DNA from: Stylophora pistillata
Lineage: Eukaryota
Direction of reading: 5' to 3'
Assembly: GCF_002571385.2 (NCBI RefSeq)
Contig: NW_019217883.1
Span: forward strand, 506,528-570,527
DNA: 64,000 nucleotides
Under the pieces are notes generated by a model that saw only the letters and a program-made list of their open reading frames with translations, was not told the origin of the DNA and did not search any database. A program made the position numbers and the translations under genes. Shown here piece by piece: positions 49,555 to 63,700 of this stretch; position 1 is the first letter of the stretch; the number at the start of each line of letters is the position of its first letter.

Positions 49555-52500
49555 TTACTGGGATTTGCCTCGAGGCCAAGGAATGATTTTCCTGTTTTGC
49601 AAAAACTCTCCATTAGGACTTGTTGTTCCTCTAGGAAGAAGGGCACAATAGACTGGTGTGTCTGCTCCTGAGGAAAAGTAATCAGAATTGGTATAAGTGG
49701 ATTGAAAAAAAATCTCCTGCCTGAAAAAAAGTTTAGTGTGTGACCCAGGTAATTGGCTTGAACCAGGACCTGTCCATTAAGAGTCCACTGAAGTCAAAAC
49801 TAAACCACAATGTCTCCCATGAAAAGGATTGGAGGTAGAGCAAAGGAAAAAATACAGAAACAAAACCCAAAGAAATAAAATGAGACAAAGACTCAGCAAG
49901 GAAAAAAATAAAATAGGAAGGAAAAGGAAAATTATGTAAAGAGATTACATAAATACTGAACTAACCTTCTTCTGGGCTTCGATGTGCATTAGGGCCACCC
50001 ATGTCAGTTCGCACCCAGCCAGGACAGATCTAAATTTGTCATACATTGGACATGACATTATAACAGAATAAAGGGAACGCACAAATTTCTTTACAGAATT
50101 TAGGCTTAGTAAAAGAAATATTTCTGTCTTATCAATACTCACAGCATTAACCAATATCCCTTTGCGCTGATCATTTTTTAATTCTCTTGCTTGTACCATA
50201 CTTAAAGCTGTTACACCTATCTTGGAGACACTGTATGCTGAGGAAAGAAAATTATTTTCAACATCAGTTCAGTTATGATTGTAGCATGGTGATTTTGAAC
50301 TTTTTATGACCATGAAGTAGAGAAATGAACAGTATTCAAAGTTGTAGTATGTTCAGGTCAGTTTGGAAAGTAAATAAATAGTTGTATATTATTGACCTGG
50401 ACTGAAGGAAGAATCATCTGGCCAACCATTCTCTGTCAGCTTCCCTTCTTTAGCATCCCTAAGAAAGGAAATAAGAATTTCTTTAGAGTTGAAAATATAG
50501 GCAAGTAAGAATAAATGCCACTTGTGCAACCACTGTGAAGACTCCAAATGCAAATGCACACCCCACAGTAAAGAGTGACAGTAAATTCCGAGAGACTGAG
50601 AAGACATAGTGGTCATAATGTCTGTCAAATTGGGTTTCCCATTAAGAGGGCTGCTTTTGTGTCTAGGCTACAGCCATCGTGTTGTGTTCTTGGGTAAGAT
50701 GCATAACTCACAGTGCCTCTCTCCATCCAGCAAAAGAAAAGGATGTTGGGATGAGCCAGCATCCTAGTCTAGGTGTGAGGAAGGTAACAATACTCAATGG
50801 TTTTGCCCCCTGCCGTGGAAGAATGGGATTCAAGTTTTAAAAATAAAAAACCCTCCATGGAAGGAATGTGAATGTTGTCTTAAGATAATATTAATGTTAA
50901 GCAAGTTCTCAGTGTGGGGCTAAACACTAATAATAATTTCAAACATCTTCTCTGCAGAGAATGATGTAAAGAGAGAGAATTCTTCATGTCATTTCTAATG
51001 ATCATGCTGTGTGCGGGTATGAACTGGCATGGGAAACTAATTCCAATAATACCAGCAAGTTAACACTTATGCCTCCATCAGTGACCAGGACAGAACTTCT
51101 CCTAACAATGTAACTACAATATCAAGCAGACGAGTGATGAGAATGAAGAAAAGCATCAATTAGGGGATTACAATTTGACCCAATACCAAATTCTACAAAT
51201 TAACATAATAAGGATTGTATGGCAGACGGTAAGGGATATTACTAATGAAAATCTGGAGGTGAAAGGGCTGACTCTGTGAGCAAACAACTCCTAAATAATA
51301 TGTATGGTCAAAATTATCATTTAATTAACAGGTTCAACTAATATACTCAATTTGTCTTGGGTAACTTTGTACCTGATGTATTTTTCCATGAGAGATGTTA
51401 TCTCTGTGAATGTTAGTTTTGGAGAGGAAAATTGCTTCTGCAGTGCTGGTGAAACACAACTTAGGTCTCCAAGCTCAGACGATACATTAACCACCCTGAC
51501 AGGCCAAAAAAAAAAATATATATAAAAAAAATTAAAAAAAATTAAAAAATGGATTTGCACACAGTGTACTTGGGTCATAAACTGAAGGTGGAAAAACTAG
51601 CTTTGAAACTTACAGAACAGATTTGCATTTAATTGAGAGATCTCTGACCAATTGAATTGATAGTGACACAAAAAGTAACTAGTTCTTGTACCTTTTGGTC
51701 TGTGTAAAAAAACAAACAGTGCTGATGTAGGATGACATCATTTAGTTTGAAAGAATACCTGGCATGATGTCGGAGGAGAGGAAAGAAACTCTTGCACATG
51801 TTCAGTGTTCCAAAATAGTTTATCTTAATAGTTGTTTCAGCTCTTTCCACATATGGCACAGTTTTCTGTTGATTAATTCAATCAATAACTTTGAATATTT
51901 ACTCTGATCATGACTGTCTCTGACTCTCTACTCCCATAGTATATAAAGGAACAAAAATGGGTACCAGTGGAATGTCATGGGAACATAGATGAAATGCTGG
52001 AGGGCAGGGGGGGGGGAGGGGCTAACCCTGTAATGGACTTGAAAGTTTGCAAATAACTTCCCTTCCAGTTCATAATTTACATACTCTCCTTGTGTTCTCC
52101 CAACATCCTGTGTGGACTACCACACCAGTAAACTGATAGAAAGTGCACTCAATTGCTCAAAGAACATTCAACAAATATGCAATTGCAGGTCATTTTTTCT
52201 CATAATTTATTTTCCTTGTCTTCTTCCTCGTTTAAGTATCTCAGTGGAAATCACACATCATTCACCGCCGCCTGGTTAGCTCAATTGGGAGAGCGCCGGA
52301 CTGCTGTGCGGGAGGTCGAGAGTTCAATACCGGCCGGACCAACACTCAGGGTCTTAAAATTAACTGAGAAGAATATGCTTCCTTTCTTTAACATCAAGAA
52401 ATGGTTAGATATTCTAGTCTTCTCGGATAGGGACGAATAAATGGAGGTCCCGTCTCCTGCAGGGTTAGGGGTAGGAGACGTTAATTTCCCACGCACGAGA

Positions 52501-54107
52501 TTACTGTGTGATGGATGTCCTCCCCTGGGGTGGGATGGGTGGGAAAAGGTGAGGTCGTTACATGGACTAAAGCGGCTGCCAGAGGCGCCTGATAATGCTG
52601 ACGTCCGATCTCAACCTTAGTAAAAAATTATTGTAAGCGCATTGAGATTCTTAAATGCGTATTAAGAACCTTCATTACATTACATTACATTTACATTCAT
52701 TATAATCCACAAAGTAGCTTCACTCAAATGCTATTGGTCTAAAAGCATCACTTGACTGAGTGTGTCCCAACTAAAACTGAGCAGTGCTGGTGATGTTTCT
52801 CAGTTTATATTCATAAATTTTCAAACTTAACATTTGATTTGAGAAAAAGCTATGTTTGAAATATAATTGAAGATAATAGGGCATACTGACATTACTACAA
52901 GCTCACACTTTTTTCTTGAGGTTCACTCTTGGAAAACATTTTGTTCCTTCAAACAGATGAATTCTACAGACAAACACCTGTGCACATTTTTCCACCAAAT
53001 GGAGGTTATTGATTATAAATCAAATGTCTAGAAAAACTAATGAAAATTGGCCAATGTATATACCCTACAGTATATTGAGTTCCCACCTTAAGCAAAACAC
53101 CAGAATTGTTTATCAATATGTCCAATCCTCCAAATGTCTTCTGGACATAACTGCAGACTTTGTTGATACTGTCCTGGGATGTAATATCGAGTTGATGGTG
53201 CTGAATATTTGTTACATCTAATTCTTTACTGAGTTCACCACATATTTTTGTACCTGTGTTCTCATCCCTTGCTGTAAAAGTTGGGTAAAATATATAATTC
53301 ATCTTGAACCCTCAGTGATTAAGTCAAAATCTGGGATGATATCATCAATATAATCATCATCATTTAATAATCATCATTATTGTTCTACTTATATCAACTA
53401 TTAAGGCAAAACCCAGACAAGGTCTGGATAAGAGCCAACCAAACTAAAGTCAAATCTTTTGATTCTTAACCAGCTCCATTGTACAGTTACTTCCATTCAC
53501 ATCCCGACTTGACAAAATATTCATTACATTTTAATTAGAGAGGCGACAGGAGGAAAGAAAATCATCAAATAGCATATCATTTGATCTAATACCAAATTCT
53601 CCCAGCTAAAATTATTCAGCTAACAGTAAGGAGAATATATTTATCTCTTGGGATGAAAAAGAATATTGTAAAAATGAGAAAATCTCATAAGACACATTAC
53701 TCATAAAACTGCTTTACCAGTGAAGAGAACAACTCCATCAAACTCTTTGCACAATCTTTTAACAATAGCATAGCCAATGCCACGATTACCGCCTGTCACC
53801 TTCAAATTAACAACGACTTATCAGACAAGATACTAATTAATACAATAAAAACATGGCTACAATGTCAGTTTTTGAGACTACATAAAGTATGATGATATTT
53901 CCTTCGCCTGAAAAGTGTATTTGAGACAAAAACGAAAGTTCATGAAATGGAAAGTCTAGAGGGTCAAACGTTCCTCGTTACATAACAGCTGGCTGCTATT
54001 TCAAGCAAAACAAACCTACTCATCAGTAAGTAAAATAGATTAGCTACACAAAGAAATTTAGTTTACATAAGAACAGATAACAAACCTACCAGAGCGACTC
54101 TTTCCAT
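49555..54107 (-). CDS. Carbonyl reductase (CBR1-like SDR), 9 exons: 54107-54090, 53799-53718, 53271-53087, 51865-51759, 51495-51373, 50458-50397, 50237-50143, 50029-49966, 49667-49555
   Basis: VALVTGGNRGIG Rossmann motif, FGGLDILINNSG, INYFGT, RVVNVSS, catalytic YSVSK and CPGWVRTDMGG. GT-AG introns in phase. Confidence 0.92.
52264..52700 (+). mobile_element. tRNA-derived SINE with a LINE-like (catta)n 3' tail, in a CBR intron
   Basis: A box ttagctcaattgg, B-box-like gagttcaatacc, central domain, and tail cattacattacattacatt. Confidence 0.75.
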
Positions 54108-55225
54108 GCTAGATATTTTTTTTTCCGCGGACGTTTAGTTTATTTGTGCTACAAGACATTGTAGTTTTCGACCGCTTTTCGCCCCAGTCCTCTTTCGTAA
54201 AGATGCCACATTGAGGCCCTGATTGGCCTTGATAGGGTAAATTCCGACGGGCGACATGGCGTTGAAACAGCGACAACAGGAAAATGAAAATGCAACTTCG
54301 AGCACGACATTGATGAAATTGCGACAGCGACATCAGAACCTTCCGAAATGGCGACGTGGCAAAGTTTGAAATTCAGACGAGGGACATCTATACCTCACCA
54401 ACAGGGACTCCACATTGCGTGACTTGATTCTGATCTAACTACATGTACATGAAAAAGACGTACCTCCTCTGTTTTCCATGTTTCCCTCTATATATTGTGT
54501 TGCAGCTTCTAAGCCATGTCGGTGTACATGTGTAATCTTTGAGATAGTGACACCTGAACTCGAATTTTATTTTCAACGGTCTTTTTTCACCCTGCCCGAT
54601 CTCTGCTTCACTTGGGGTTCGCTGTGCATGATCTAATCGTCAACTTTCTTGGAAATCTCTGGTAGTTTTCTACCCTAGGCCCCCCCCCCCCCCCCCATTT
54701 CGAATAATGAGGACTTTTTGTCAAACACAAAGACTTTTTCACTAAGCTGTCAGCTTAATGTCAGTCTTATTATTGGTGTATTATGTAATGCTTTGGCTGG
54801 ATGAAGAAGCCCCACGACCAAATAAGGAAACTTACAACCAAAATAAACATTGTAGCTGTTCCACAGTTGTAACGACCTGTGACGTAATCTTAAGGCCAAA
54901 GCGCGAATCCCTTACCGACCCCTTACCGAATAATTCTCGTTGGAAAATGAACAGAAAAGTCAAAAAATGGAATCTCCGCTGAACCGTTCAGCTGTGTAAA
55001 CAAATGGAAATTTTCTGATCAAAAAGGAAGCTTTCATATAAACATAGTTAAGAACTATGATATAAAATTGAAAATTGAAATTGATCAACTGTTGATCTTT
55101 CTGTGCTATAGACGATAGGGGGCGTATCCCCTCTAAAATATGACAGATGTTCCTTAATTTGTAAGGGGTTACCCCCCTTACCAAGGGATATAGTTGCCCT
55201 GTCCCAATTTGTATTCCGCTTGATC

Positions 55226-56947
55226 ATGGCGTCCGTAGTCGGCGATACTTTGCGATTAACATTTAAACTCTTACTTAGCAAGATAAGAGATAAGGGCGCT
55301 GAAAATCTTAAACATGGAGATGTGAGCGACGAGCGATTTAGAGAATTCATCGTTCGTGAACTCACGGATATTCGTGAGAAGCTCGAAGGATTGTGTAAGG
55401 TTGATCTGATCACTTCTGCCAATTTCTTCAAGGACGGAGTGAGTTTGATGTACCAAAGCTTTGCCAAATCTGGGAATGGCAGCCCAAGCATTCAAAGTGA
55501 AGTCTATAGCGACGCGTTTGATAACATCAGTCTCATGAACACTGATGTTACGAACATCGAACTAGACGAGTGGGAAGTTCTGCATTTGATGTCCGATGGG
55601 TTGCAGTTTGACAAAATCGATTGTGAAGACAAGTTTTTCGTGGAAGCGAAGGATTTCTTCAAAAAGGCAGCCGAAAGTGCTACCAAAGCTTTCAGTAACG
55701 AAGCATTGGATATCTACGACAGAGTTTTGGCGATGAAATTCAGAGCTGCGGCGACAATGCTACATTACATTAGTGAACCGGAAGTCGCAGTTGTGTTGTG
55801 CAAGAATTACATTGAGCAGCTGAATGGTTTACCGGAAGTTCTCGAGGCATTTTCTGTGCGTTTTGGTCGATTCAACATGCGAAAGCTGTTTTGTGAGATG
55901 CGTCGAGAAGCTGTTATTGGCGCAGTGGTCTCCATAAATCGCATTTTGTGGGAATATCTACATCTTTCGTCCAAGGGTGATGATGTATTACGAAACTGGC
56001 CGGTTATTCCCGCAGATTCAAGGTACAAAATCCATCCAGTTCAGAATTGGGAGGTCTGTCGCGGTTATTTTTGGAAGTTTGGTGAGTTTGGAAGTGGCCC
56101 GGCGCAGTTGAACGGCCCTGTAGATGTTGCTACAAACAGCAGTGGATCTTTCATTATCGCTGATCGTTACAACTTCCAGGTTAAAGTGTTTTCAAAAGAT
56201 GGAAATTTGAGCCAAAGAATGTGCGAATTGGCTTTCTTACAAACTTTTAACGAAGACTTAGTAGATACAAACCTAATTCACCCGCAGAGTATCGATGTAG
56301 ATAAGTTAGATCGGGTCTACATCTGCAGTAGCTATAAGTCGGCCCTCAGCGGTCAGTACATCAATGAAGTCATTTCCACTGATCATCAAGGAGAATTCCT
56401 CTGGAGCTTCGGAAGGGGCGTGTCTAACTTCAATCAAGGAAAGCTGACCAGCATTGCAGTAGATAAAAACAGAGAGAGGGTTTTTACTCTTTGTCAGAAG
56501 ACAGTTTTTGTGCTCACTACAGGTGGAACGTTCTTGTCAAGTTTTACTTTGACAGGAGAATTCACCCAGGCGAAGGAGTCACACCTCTGTGTGACAACTG
56601 CTGGCAATTTAATCATCACAGCCAATAATGGAATGTTCTGCGTTTCCAAACGAGCTGCCAATGACATAAGTTTCAGATCACGCACAGTCCACCCAACCCG
56701 GTTTAACATGCCGCACAGAAAGATACCCAATTTGTTTAATCCGTCAGGTATCACGTTTAACCCTCACACGGAGGAAATTTCTGTTGTTGATCGAGCGAGT
56801 AACAGTTTGATTATGTTTGACACCAGAGGAAATTTTATCAGGAAAGTTTTCTTTTACGAGAAATATTCTTCCGGGGGAGCAACTGTTACCAGAGACGGTC
56901 ACGTGGCCATAGCAAGCAAGTCGAGCAATAAGATTTTCATAGTGTGA
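55226..56947 (+). CDS. Intronless NHL-repeat (beta-propeller) protein with an unassigned N-terminal helical domain, 573 aa
   Basis: NHL-like repeats FGEFGSGPAQLNGPVDVATNSSGSFIIADRYNFQVKVF, LIHPQSIDVD and LFNPSGITF...VVDRASNSLIMFD. No RING or B-box visible. Confidence 0.85.
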   Translation: MASVVGDTLRLTFKLLLSKIRDKGAENLKHGDVSDERFREFIVRELTDIREKLEGLCKVDLITSANFFKDGVSLMYQSFAKSGNGSPSIQSEVYSDAFDNISLMNTDVTNIELDEWEVLHLMSDGLQFDKIDCEDKFFVEAKDFFKKAAESATKAFSNEALDIYDRVLAMKFRAAATMLHYISEPEVAVVLCKNYIEQLNGLPEVLEAFSVRFGRFNMRKLFCEMRREAVIGAVVSINRILWEYLHLSSKGDDVLRNWPVIPADSRYKIHPVQNWEVCRGYFWKFGEFGSGPAQLNGPVDVATNSSGSFIIADRYNFQVKVFSKDGNLSQRMCELAFLQTFNEDLVDTNLIHPQSIDVDKLDRVYICSSYKSALSGQYINEVISTDHQGEFLWSFGRGVSNFNQGKLTSIAVDKNRERVFTLCQKTVFVLTTGGTFLSSFTLTGEFTQAKESHLCVTTAGNLIITANNGMFCVSKRAANDISFRSRTVHPTRFNMPHRKIPNLFNPSGITFNPHTEEISVVDRASNSLIMFDTRGNFIRKVFFYEKYSSGGATVTRDGHVAIASKSSNKIFIV

Positions 56948-57753
56948 ACCCGTGACTTTTTTCATATTGGTTTATCAAAAATATAGCGATAGAGGAGAAA
57001 AAAGAATAGAATCTTCCATATCTCCAATACAACTGAAATTGTCCTAAAATTGAGAGAAAAAAAAACAACCGTGCAACTAGTCTTCGCCACCGTTCTTTGG
57101 GATGTCACACAACGTTCCCCGAAACTAGTTGAGGGTGTTGTGTGACATCATGAACCACTGTCTTATGGCTCAACTGAGCTTGTAACCGGTTCTCGTTCCT
57201 TACATTAAGGGTACAGAGACGATCAAGAACATTATATTGGTAAAACGATTTTCTAAGAAACTAATTGAATCAAAACGTCCATTGGGTATTTCATTATGCT
57301 GGATATTTTTTTGCCAAAGAACGATCAGATGATTAGATTGTGGTAGATAACGATGCTATTATCGTTTCGTTATATTCTTTTTACCTTGTGGTTACTTTAC
57401 TTTACTCTATATTTAATCAGATTCTTCTCCATTACCATGGTTACGTGTGTCGCCTATGATGTTAGAAAATATGTTACACTGACCATGATTTTGACGTTGT
57501 AAAAAGACAAACACATAAACCAAGAACGATGAAGACATTTATTGAATAAAAAAATAACTATTGATTAGAAGTATTTCGTTCTTTTATCTCGTTTTACCCT
57601 TGTCTTTCCCACCAAGAATCAAATTAATCTGTGCTTTTTCCCAAACAGCTCTGTATACCAAACTTGGTTTCTCTTGTAATTTTCAAGGCAAGTTTTAAGA
57701 CAGGCTATCTCTTATTCCATTTTTTGTCTTTTGTTCATAAACGCCCTTAGGAA

Positions 57754-60700
57754 CTAGGAAATCTGAAGACTTTTGAGCTTGGATAAGAGGACTTCATTCT
57801 TATGACATTCCTACAAGTAAACAAACACACAAAAGTCGATCAAGAAAATTGACATCAATTATATACAATGTTAACTTAATAATTCACTAGTTCAACTGGT
57901 CAGTTGACAACGAGATGTCATGGTTTCCCTCAACTGGGCGCAATCCTAAAACGTACACAGCGGCCAAAGGACTGCGCATGAGCCAACGTTGAAACAGCTA
58001 AAAGCAAGCCAAAATAGCGGCCGAACATAGATAGTGCTCTGAAGCTGCCACACCAAGTTTTCTCACAGCAGTTGGAAACAGAGAAAAAACCAATAAGACA
58101 CGGTTTTCTAAGAACTTTTTAAGGCAGAGCTCAAGACAAAGTACAAAATTAACAAAAATCCTTTGTTTTCTTATACAGATTACTAAAAGTGTTAATTTAT
58201 ATCGTGAATTTTGTGCAACAACGACGGTTTCTGTTTTCCTTTAATATTTTGCGCATGGTGCACGGCTGGGAAAAATTGCTCTAGCTACGCATGCTCAACG
58301 TTTGATCGTTGTATTCCCAAAACCAATCCGCGTGCTATTTTTCCCGCCATTTAAACACGCGCGCCACTTTTTAGAATTTATCGCGCGAAAACAAAACACA
58401 ACACGGAACCACACCTATACCAACCTCCGTAAAATCTTTTACTGTTTTGAAGTACAATCTCTCTTGCTCCACTATATCAAGATACTTCTGATTCAAGGCG
58501 TCTCTACGTTGTTTCTCTACAGCTTTCTTCTTCTCAATCTGAAATAAAGGATAAAGATTACTTAGACTGGGAAAACAGCTCAAAAGAAAAAAATTGGCGG
58601 GAAAACAGGTAACAGCAATAAGCGTGGGAAACGCGGAAACCACAGAGGAAAGCGCGGGAAAAACTGGAATTATAGGAACGGTCACGATAACAACCATTTG
58701 CACACGTTTTAAACCATCTCGTGTTTCAAATTCAAAGCGCTTTGCGTTTCTTGGAAATGCAATTCGCTTAACGCTTTAGCTTCGCGTACCCTTTGTTTAT
58801 TATCCACGATTCCCTTCACAATGCTGTCAAACTGCTTCAGGAACTGTTCCTTGTTCGTTGGAGATGACATACCTCTGAAAACGAAAAAAAAAAAAAAGGG
58901 CAAAGAAGCATATCAAAATGACATTTCTTGAGCTGTTTGAAAAGAGCACAAATGACTAACAAATGTAAGCTCTGTTGACTGTTGCGTAACGGAAACAAAC
59001 CATCGCCAGAAGTAACGACAACTGAGGCAACACTCTTGCTAGAAAATGGATACACACTAATAACTGATAAAAACTCGTAGAAATGACAGAACTCTTACTG
59101 TTCAAAGGTATCATGGATGGAGTTAAGCAAGTTAACCTGTAGAAATAAAAGGTCAACTCTCCATCACTATGAGTGAAGTATACAAAAACTTCAGATAATG
59201 ATGTATATATATATTGCGCATTCTCCATTTAACAAATAGATTCCATGTTGTTGTTCATCTGTTCAGTAATAGATCAAAGATGACGTCAAAATGTGTTAAG
59301 AACAAGAGTGGCACACGGAGCACAGCGTGAGGAGAGGGGTGGATGGAAAGCAAAACAAACAAAGTAACTTCACGCTTCTAACCTCCTTCCCTAAATACAG
59401 CTTGGTGTCATCCAAAGTGTTGTATAGAGTGAAAAACTGCTTCGTTTCCTTATGAGTTCCAGCCACTAGGAATTAAGTGAGGAATATCATAATCACATTA
59501 CCTGTAACACGGTATATTTAGATTGCAGGTAATACAAGAAATTTGAAAACAAACATGTTTAAATCGCAGCCAGTAAGTTCAGACACAGCGGTTAATCGTC
59601 GGGCACGCGCGAGGGGATCAGTTCTGGCCAGCCACGCGCCAATTTCCCGCGCAAAATTTCAAAGGAAAACAAATACGTTCAAGGAGGGAAAAGGAAAACT
59701 CGCGATTTTTCGAACCCAAAAGTTTTTTAAGTACAGGTATCCTGTTGATTTACCATTCTGTTTAAAGCCTTGCCCAAAAGTCATACGCTTTTAAAACAAC
59801 GGTATTTACTGGACTGTGTGGTTGTTTGTAGCTCGTGTAAGACAACTTATTTCCGACAGACTGAAAGCACACCACCAACACATCACCAAGCCATCCCTAG
59901 TCACCTAGTTATTACAACGTTCGCTCATGCGCAGACGTTTGACCACTGTGTTGAAGCACTCACCCATAGAAGCGCAGCTGAGGGAATTTCTCTTTATACA
60001 ACATATACAATATTTAGACTGCTGCGTTCTAATATTAAAAAAAAATTGTTCATGTTTTCAGCTTTCATTGAGATATGAGATCATTGGGCATTTTGGAGAG
60101 CACTCGAGAAGGTAACCAGAATTGCTCGCGGCAGGGCCTCGTTAATTGACAGATAACGCATTGTTATGTACCATGATTGTAGAGTTCCACAAATCTTCTC
60201 TGATATTGAGTCAGCTCTGTACGAGAAGGCACCTCGTCAATCTTCCTCTGAAGTGAAGATATTTCTCGGTTCTTTCGAGCCTTAAAAACAAAAACAGCAT
60301 CACCTAAACGACTGGACAAAAAATTGAGGGAAAGAAGCTGAAGCTCTCCATTTTTGGAATTTCCCTGAAGATTTGGATGCCAATCTCCCTTGTGTTATGC
60401 CACGCACGACTCCACAAGTGGTCCACGCGCGAAGCACTCGTGACTCCAAGCTTCTGCAGCGCCTTTCCAAGTAAATTGAGAACTAAATGTAGGAAACACT
60501 CATACCCTATCAAGAAGATGTTTAAAACATGATTACCAGCAGAAGTCTTATTTTCTCCAATTTTGCTTTATCGGCCTCGTATTGTTTGCCGATCAGTTCC
60601 AATCTTTCCTGAAAAAAAAAAGAGAAGACACAGATGAGTCTTCGATAAAATGATTTTATTTTATCACTTGGTTTACCTCGGTACAGTACCTTCTCTTCGC

Positions 60701-63700
60701 TATCATCTTCAGAGCCTTGAGACTTCAGTTTTTCCAAATTGTCCTGCAAGCGAGCCATTTCCTCCTAAAACAAACAAATGATGTAGAAATAAAGAAAACT
60801 CAAACAATTTTCTTAAAAAAATCGGGTAGTTCTCAGATACGAAACTTGAAGCAAAGCTGTAAAAATCAACAATTTCTTTTCGGGCGTTAGATACCATTTG
60901 TGATTTTAACCAATCACGACTACCACCTGGTCATGCGCGTCTTCCCGCGCTTTGTTTCCGTTGAGTTCTCATTGACCCCTTGTTACATTTAGCTTTGTTC
61001 TGATTGGCAGTGGCTAGAAGAGCACTCCTCTGTTTTTACGAAAACCAGCTGAATTGTGAGAGATTATTCAGCGTTAACTGATTTGTGGTTGATTTTCTGC
61101 TATAAGTGACAGATGATTGAACAATAGGATCATATTATATATTTAAAATGAGAGAGACCTGAGCGCAAGACGAGAACGGTGTGAGGGATAGGGAGATCAA
61201 GTTGGTTTACATAATAAAACGTGAAGTTTCGGAACATAGCGGACTGTTTAGTCTCACTTCCGACAGAATCTCTCGCCGCAGATTACAGCAATTTTATCGT
61301 GCACGTGCACAGAGGACGAAAGAAATTCACTTTCAAAAATTTACGTATTGATAACGTAACTGTAAAAAATATCTGTGATTGCTTGATGGTTCTGCTAAAT
61401 TAAATCTTAAAACTCTAAGGCGGATCCAGGGGAGGTTCGGGAGGTTCGGTTGAACCCACTAAATTTTCCCTCGGAACCCTGGAAATCATGTTTCCGAAGA
61501 CCTACTTTAAAAGATCTTGAGCCCCTCAGAAGGGGAACAATTCTCCGAACCCCCGTTGACTAAATCCTGGATCCGCCCCAGAAACTGAGCAATTAAAGCT
61601 CAATAGAGACACGAAATGGAATCCGAGATATACTTTAGTGTTGTGAAACGTGCAACCCTGTTAAAAGCCGTTTCTAAAAATTGAGTGTGTTTAGCCCGCT
61701 TTACCTTACAGTGCGACCTGAATTGTTGCTCTTGTTTCTTCAAATTCTCATTCATGGCGACAATGGAACGAAGCTTTTGAAGAATGCTGTGAGTAAAAGT
61801 ATAACTGATGAACAAATATTGAGACAAACAACTACGCTTTTAACTAGATAACAAATGATTTTGTGAATAGTACTATTACTCTTGAAAATATAGAATACCT
61901 TGCATTTTCTTCACTTTCCATTTGATTGAACTTCTCCATTTCCTCGCTGATTCTCTCTCCACGAGCTACAGCCTACAAATCGGCATAATTAAAAAACTGC
62001 ACTACCCCCATAAATTTCTTATAATTATAACTCCAAGGATTTAGTGTTCAATCAAACACTATACCTTAGTTTTAATAATTTCCTTTCTTCTCGTCACCTT
62101 TCTGCCTTAAAAGTATTGATATTATAAGGAGAAATTTCTTGTTTGGTCAATCCTGGTACTAAATTAAAAGGATTAAATAACAGCTCACTATCAGCCGCTC
62201 TCTCTAGGACAGTAGCGCAGGCTCAATTCCCAACCTGCAGCTAGATATCGAGTCTACTGAAATTGACATAAGTGATTGACGCACACCTCGACAGAAATTT
62301 TAAAGAGCTCAGTTATATTTTAACATTTTAATGCATTTCACTTACCTGTGAAAGCTGTTCCTCTGCCTCAGACAAAGTTTCTTGCAGTTTGTTATGCTTC
62401 TCTTGCACCTAGAAAAGAGGACAAAAGATTAAAAGAACGTTAAACTCAGTTATAAAAGTGTTGACAAGCAGATAGAAATGAAGGCACCTTTGGACTGTCT
62501 TTTTTTTCTCCTTGAAACAACAAAATACACTTACTTGTTCAAGTTTCTTCTCCTGTACAGCAATCTGTTTCTCAAGTGATGCTACCATCCTTTTGTGAGC
62601 CTGTTCACCTCCCATTCGCTCCCCCCGGGCTTCCATGTTTCCCTGCAGTTCTGCTTGCTGAATACAGCAATTTTAAACCATAATTCAAATAGAAGCCTTC
62701 TTAAAATAAAACATATCTTCCAACTCTGAAAGTCTTGCCGGAAAAGGTCAAAGTATATTAAGTATTTGTACTTTTGTTCGAGTTTCTGGAGTTTAAGAGG
62801 ACTCCACTGTCTGTGTTTCTGAAGCAAAGTCAGCTTGATAATTAGGAACATGTTTTAACACGCCCTTTGATCACTAATTGTAAACGCAACACCAAAGAAA
62901 ACACAGAGATTAACCAGAAAAAAAAAAGATATCACATGAAGCCAAGGAACTTCTGGTGAAATAAATGGCTTCAAGAAAAGGAATTCACCAATAAACAAAG
63001 TTGGTTTCAGCTTTGCTTTAATAGACTTTGAGGTGGGTATGAACCAGTCACATGTAGGGGGGGGGGGCAGTGAACTACAATCATAGCAATACCCTGGTAC
63101 TAACTATTTTTTGACTCTTTATAAAAAATTCCATAGCAGTTGAGTGTACCTACCCTTTCAGCATACTCTGAGGCAATCTGGGAGATCTCATCTGATTGCA
63201 GACCTACAATGGAGCCCACTGCACTCGATGAAAGTGAACCCTGGAAAAATTGAGAGGTGATAGAACGCGATGATGTGTTTGTATGCAAAGCTCTTCATTG
63301 TTTATCTACTGCAAAAGCTCTTGTAAGTCCTCAAAGTGGCTATCAATTTCCATGGCTCCTATACAAAAATCGTATTCTAGATGGATTCAGGGGGAGTGGG
63401 CTCAGTAGATGGGAGAGGGACGAGGGGGGATTTGTTGGAAACAAAAAATTCTAGATGACGTTTTTATGAGGGACTACGTTGAGAGGTGGACCTCAGGGAG
63501 CACCTGTGGCTGGTGTTTCCACAGCCTACTTGCTTCTGAAGCAGTGCCCAAATTAATTAGACAAAGCAGTAAAATACCCCTCTTAATCTAAATTAAAATT
63601 TTACCTTTGCTAGCTGGTGTTTGTTAATGGCTGCTTCTCAAAAATTCCTACACAACTCTTTGCAACAGAGATGGGGGCTTAAAAGAGAGGGGGGGGGGGC

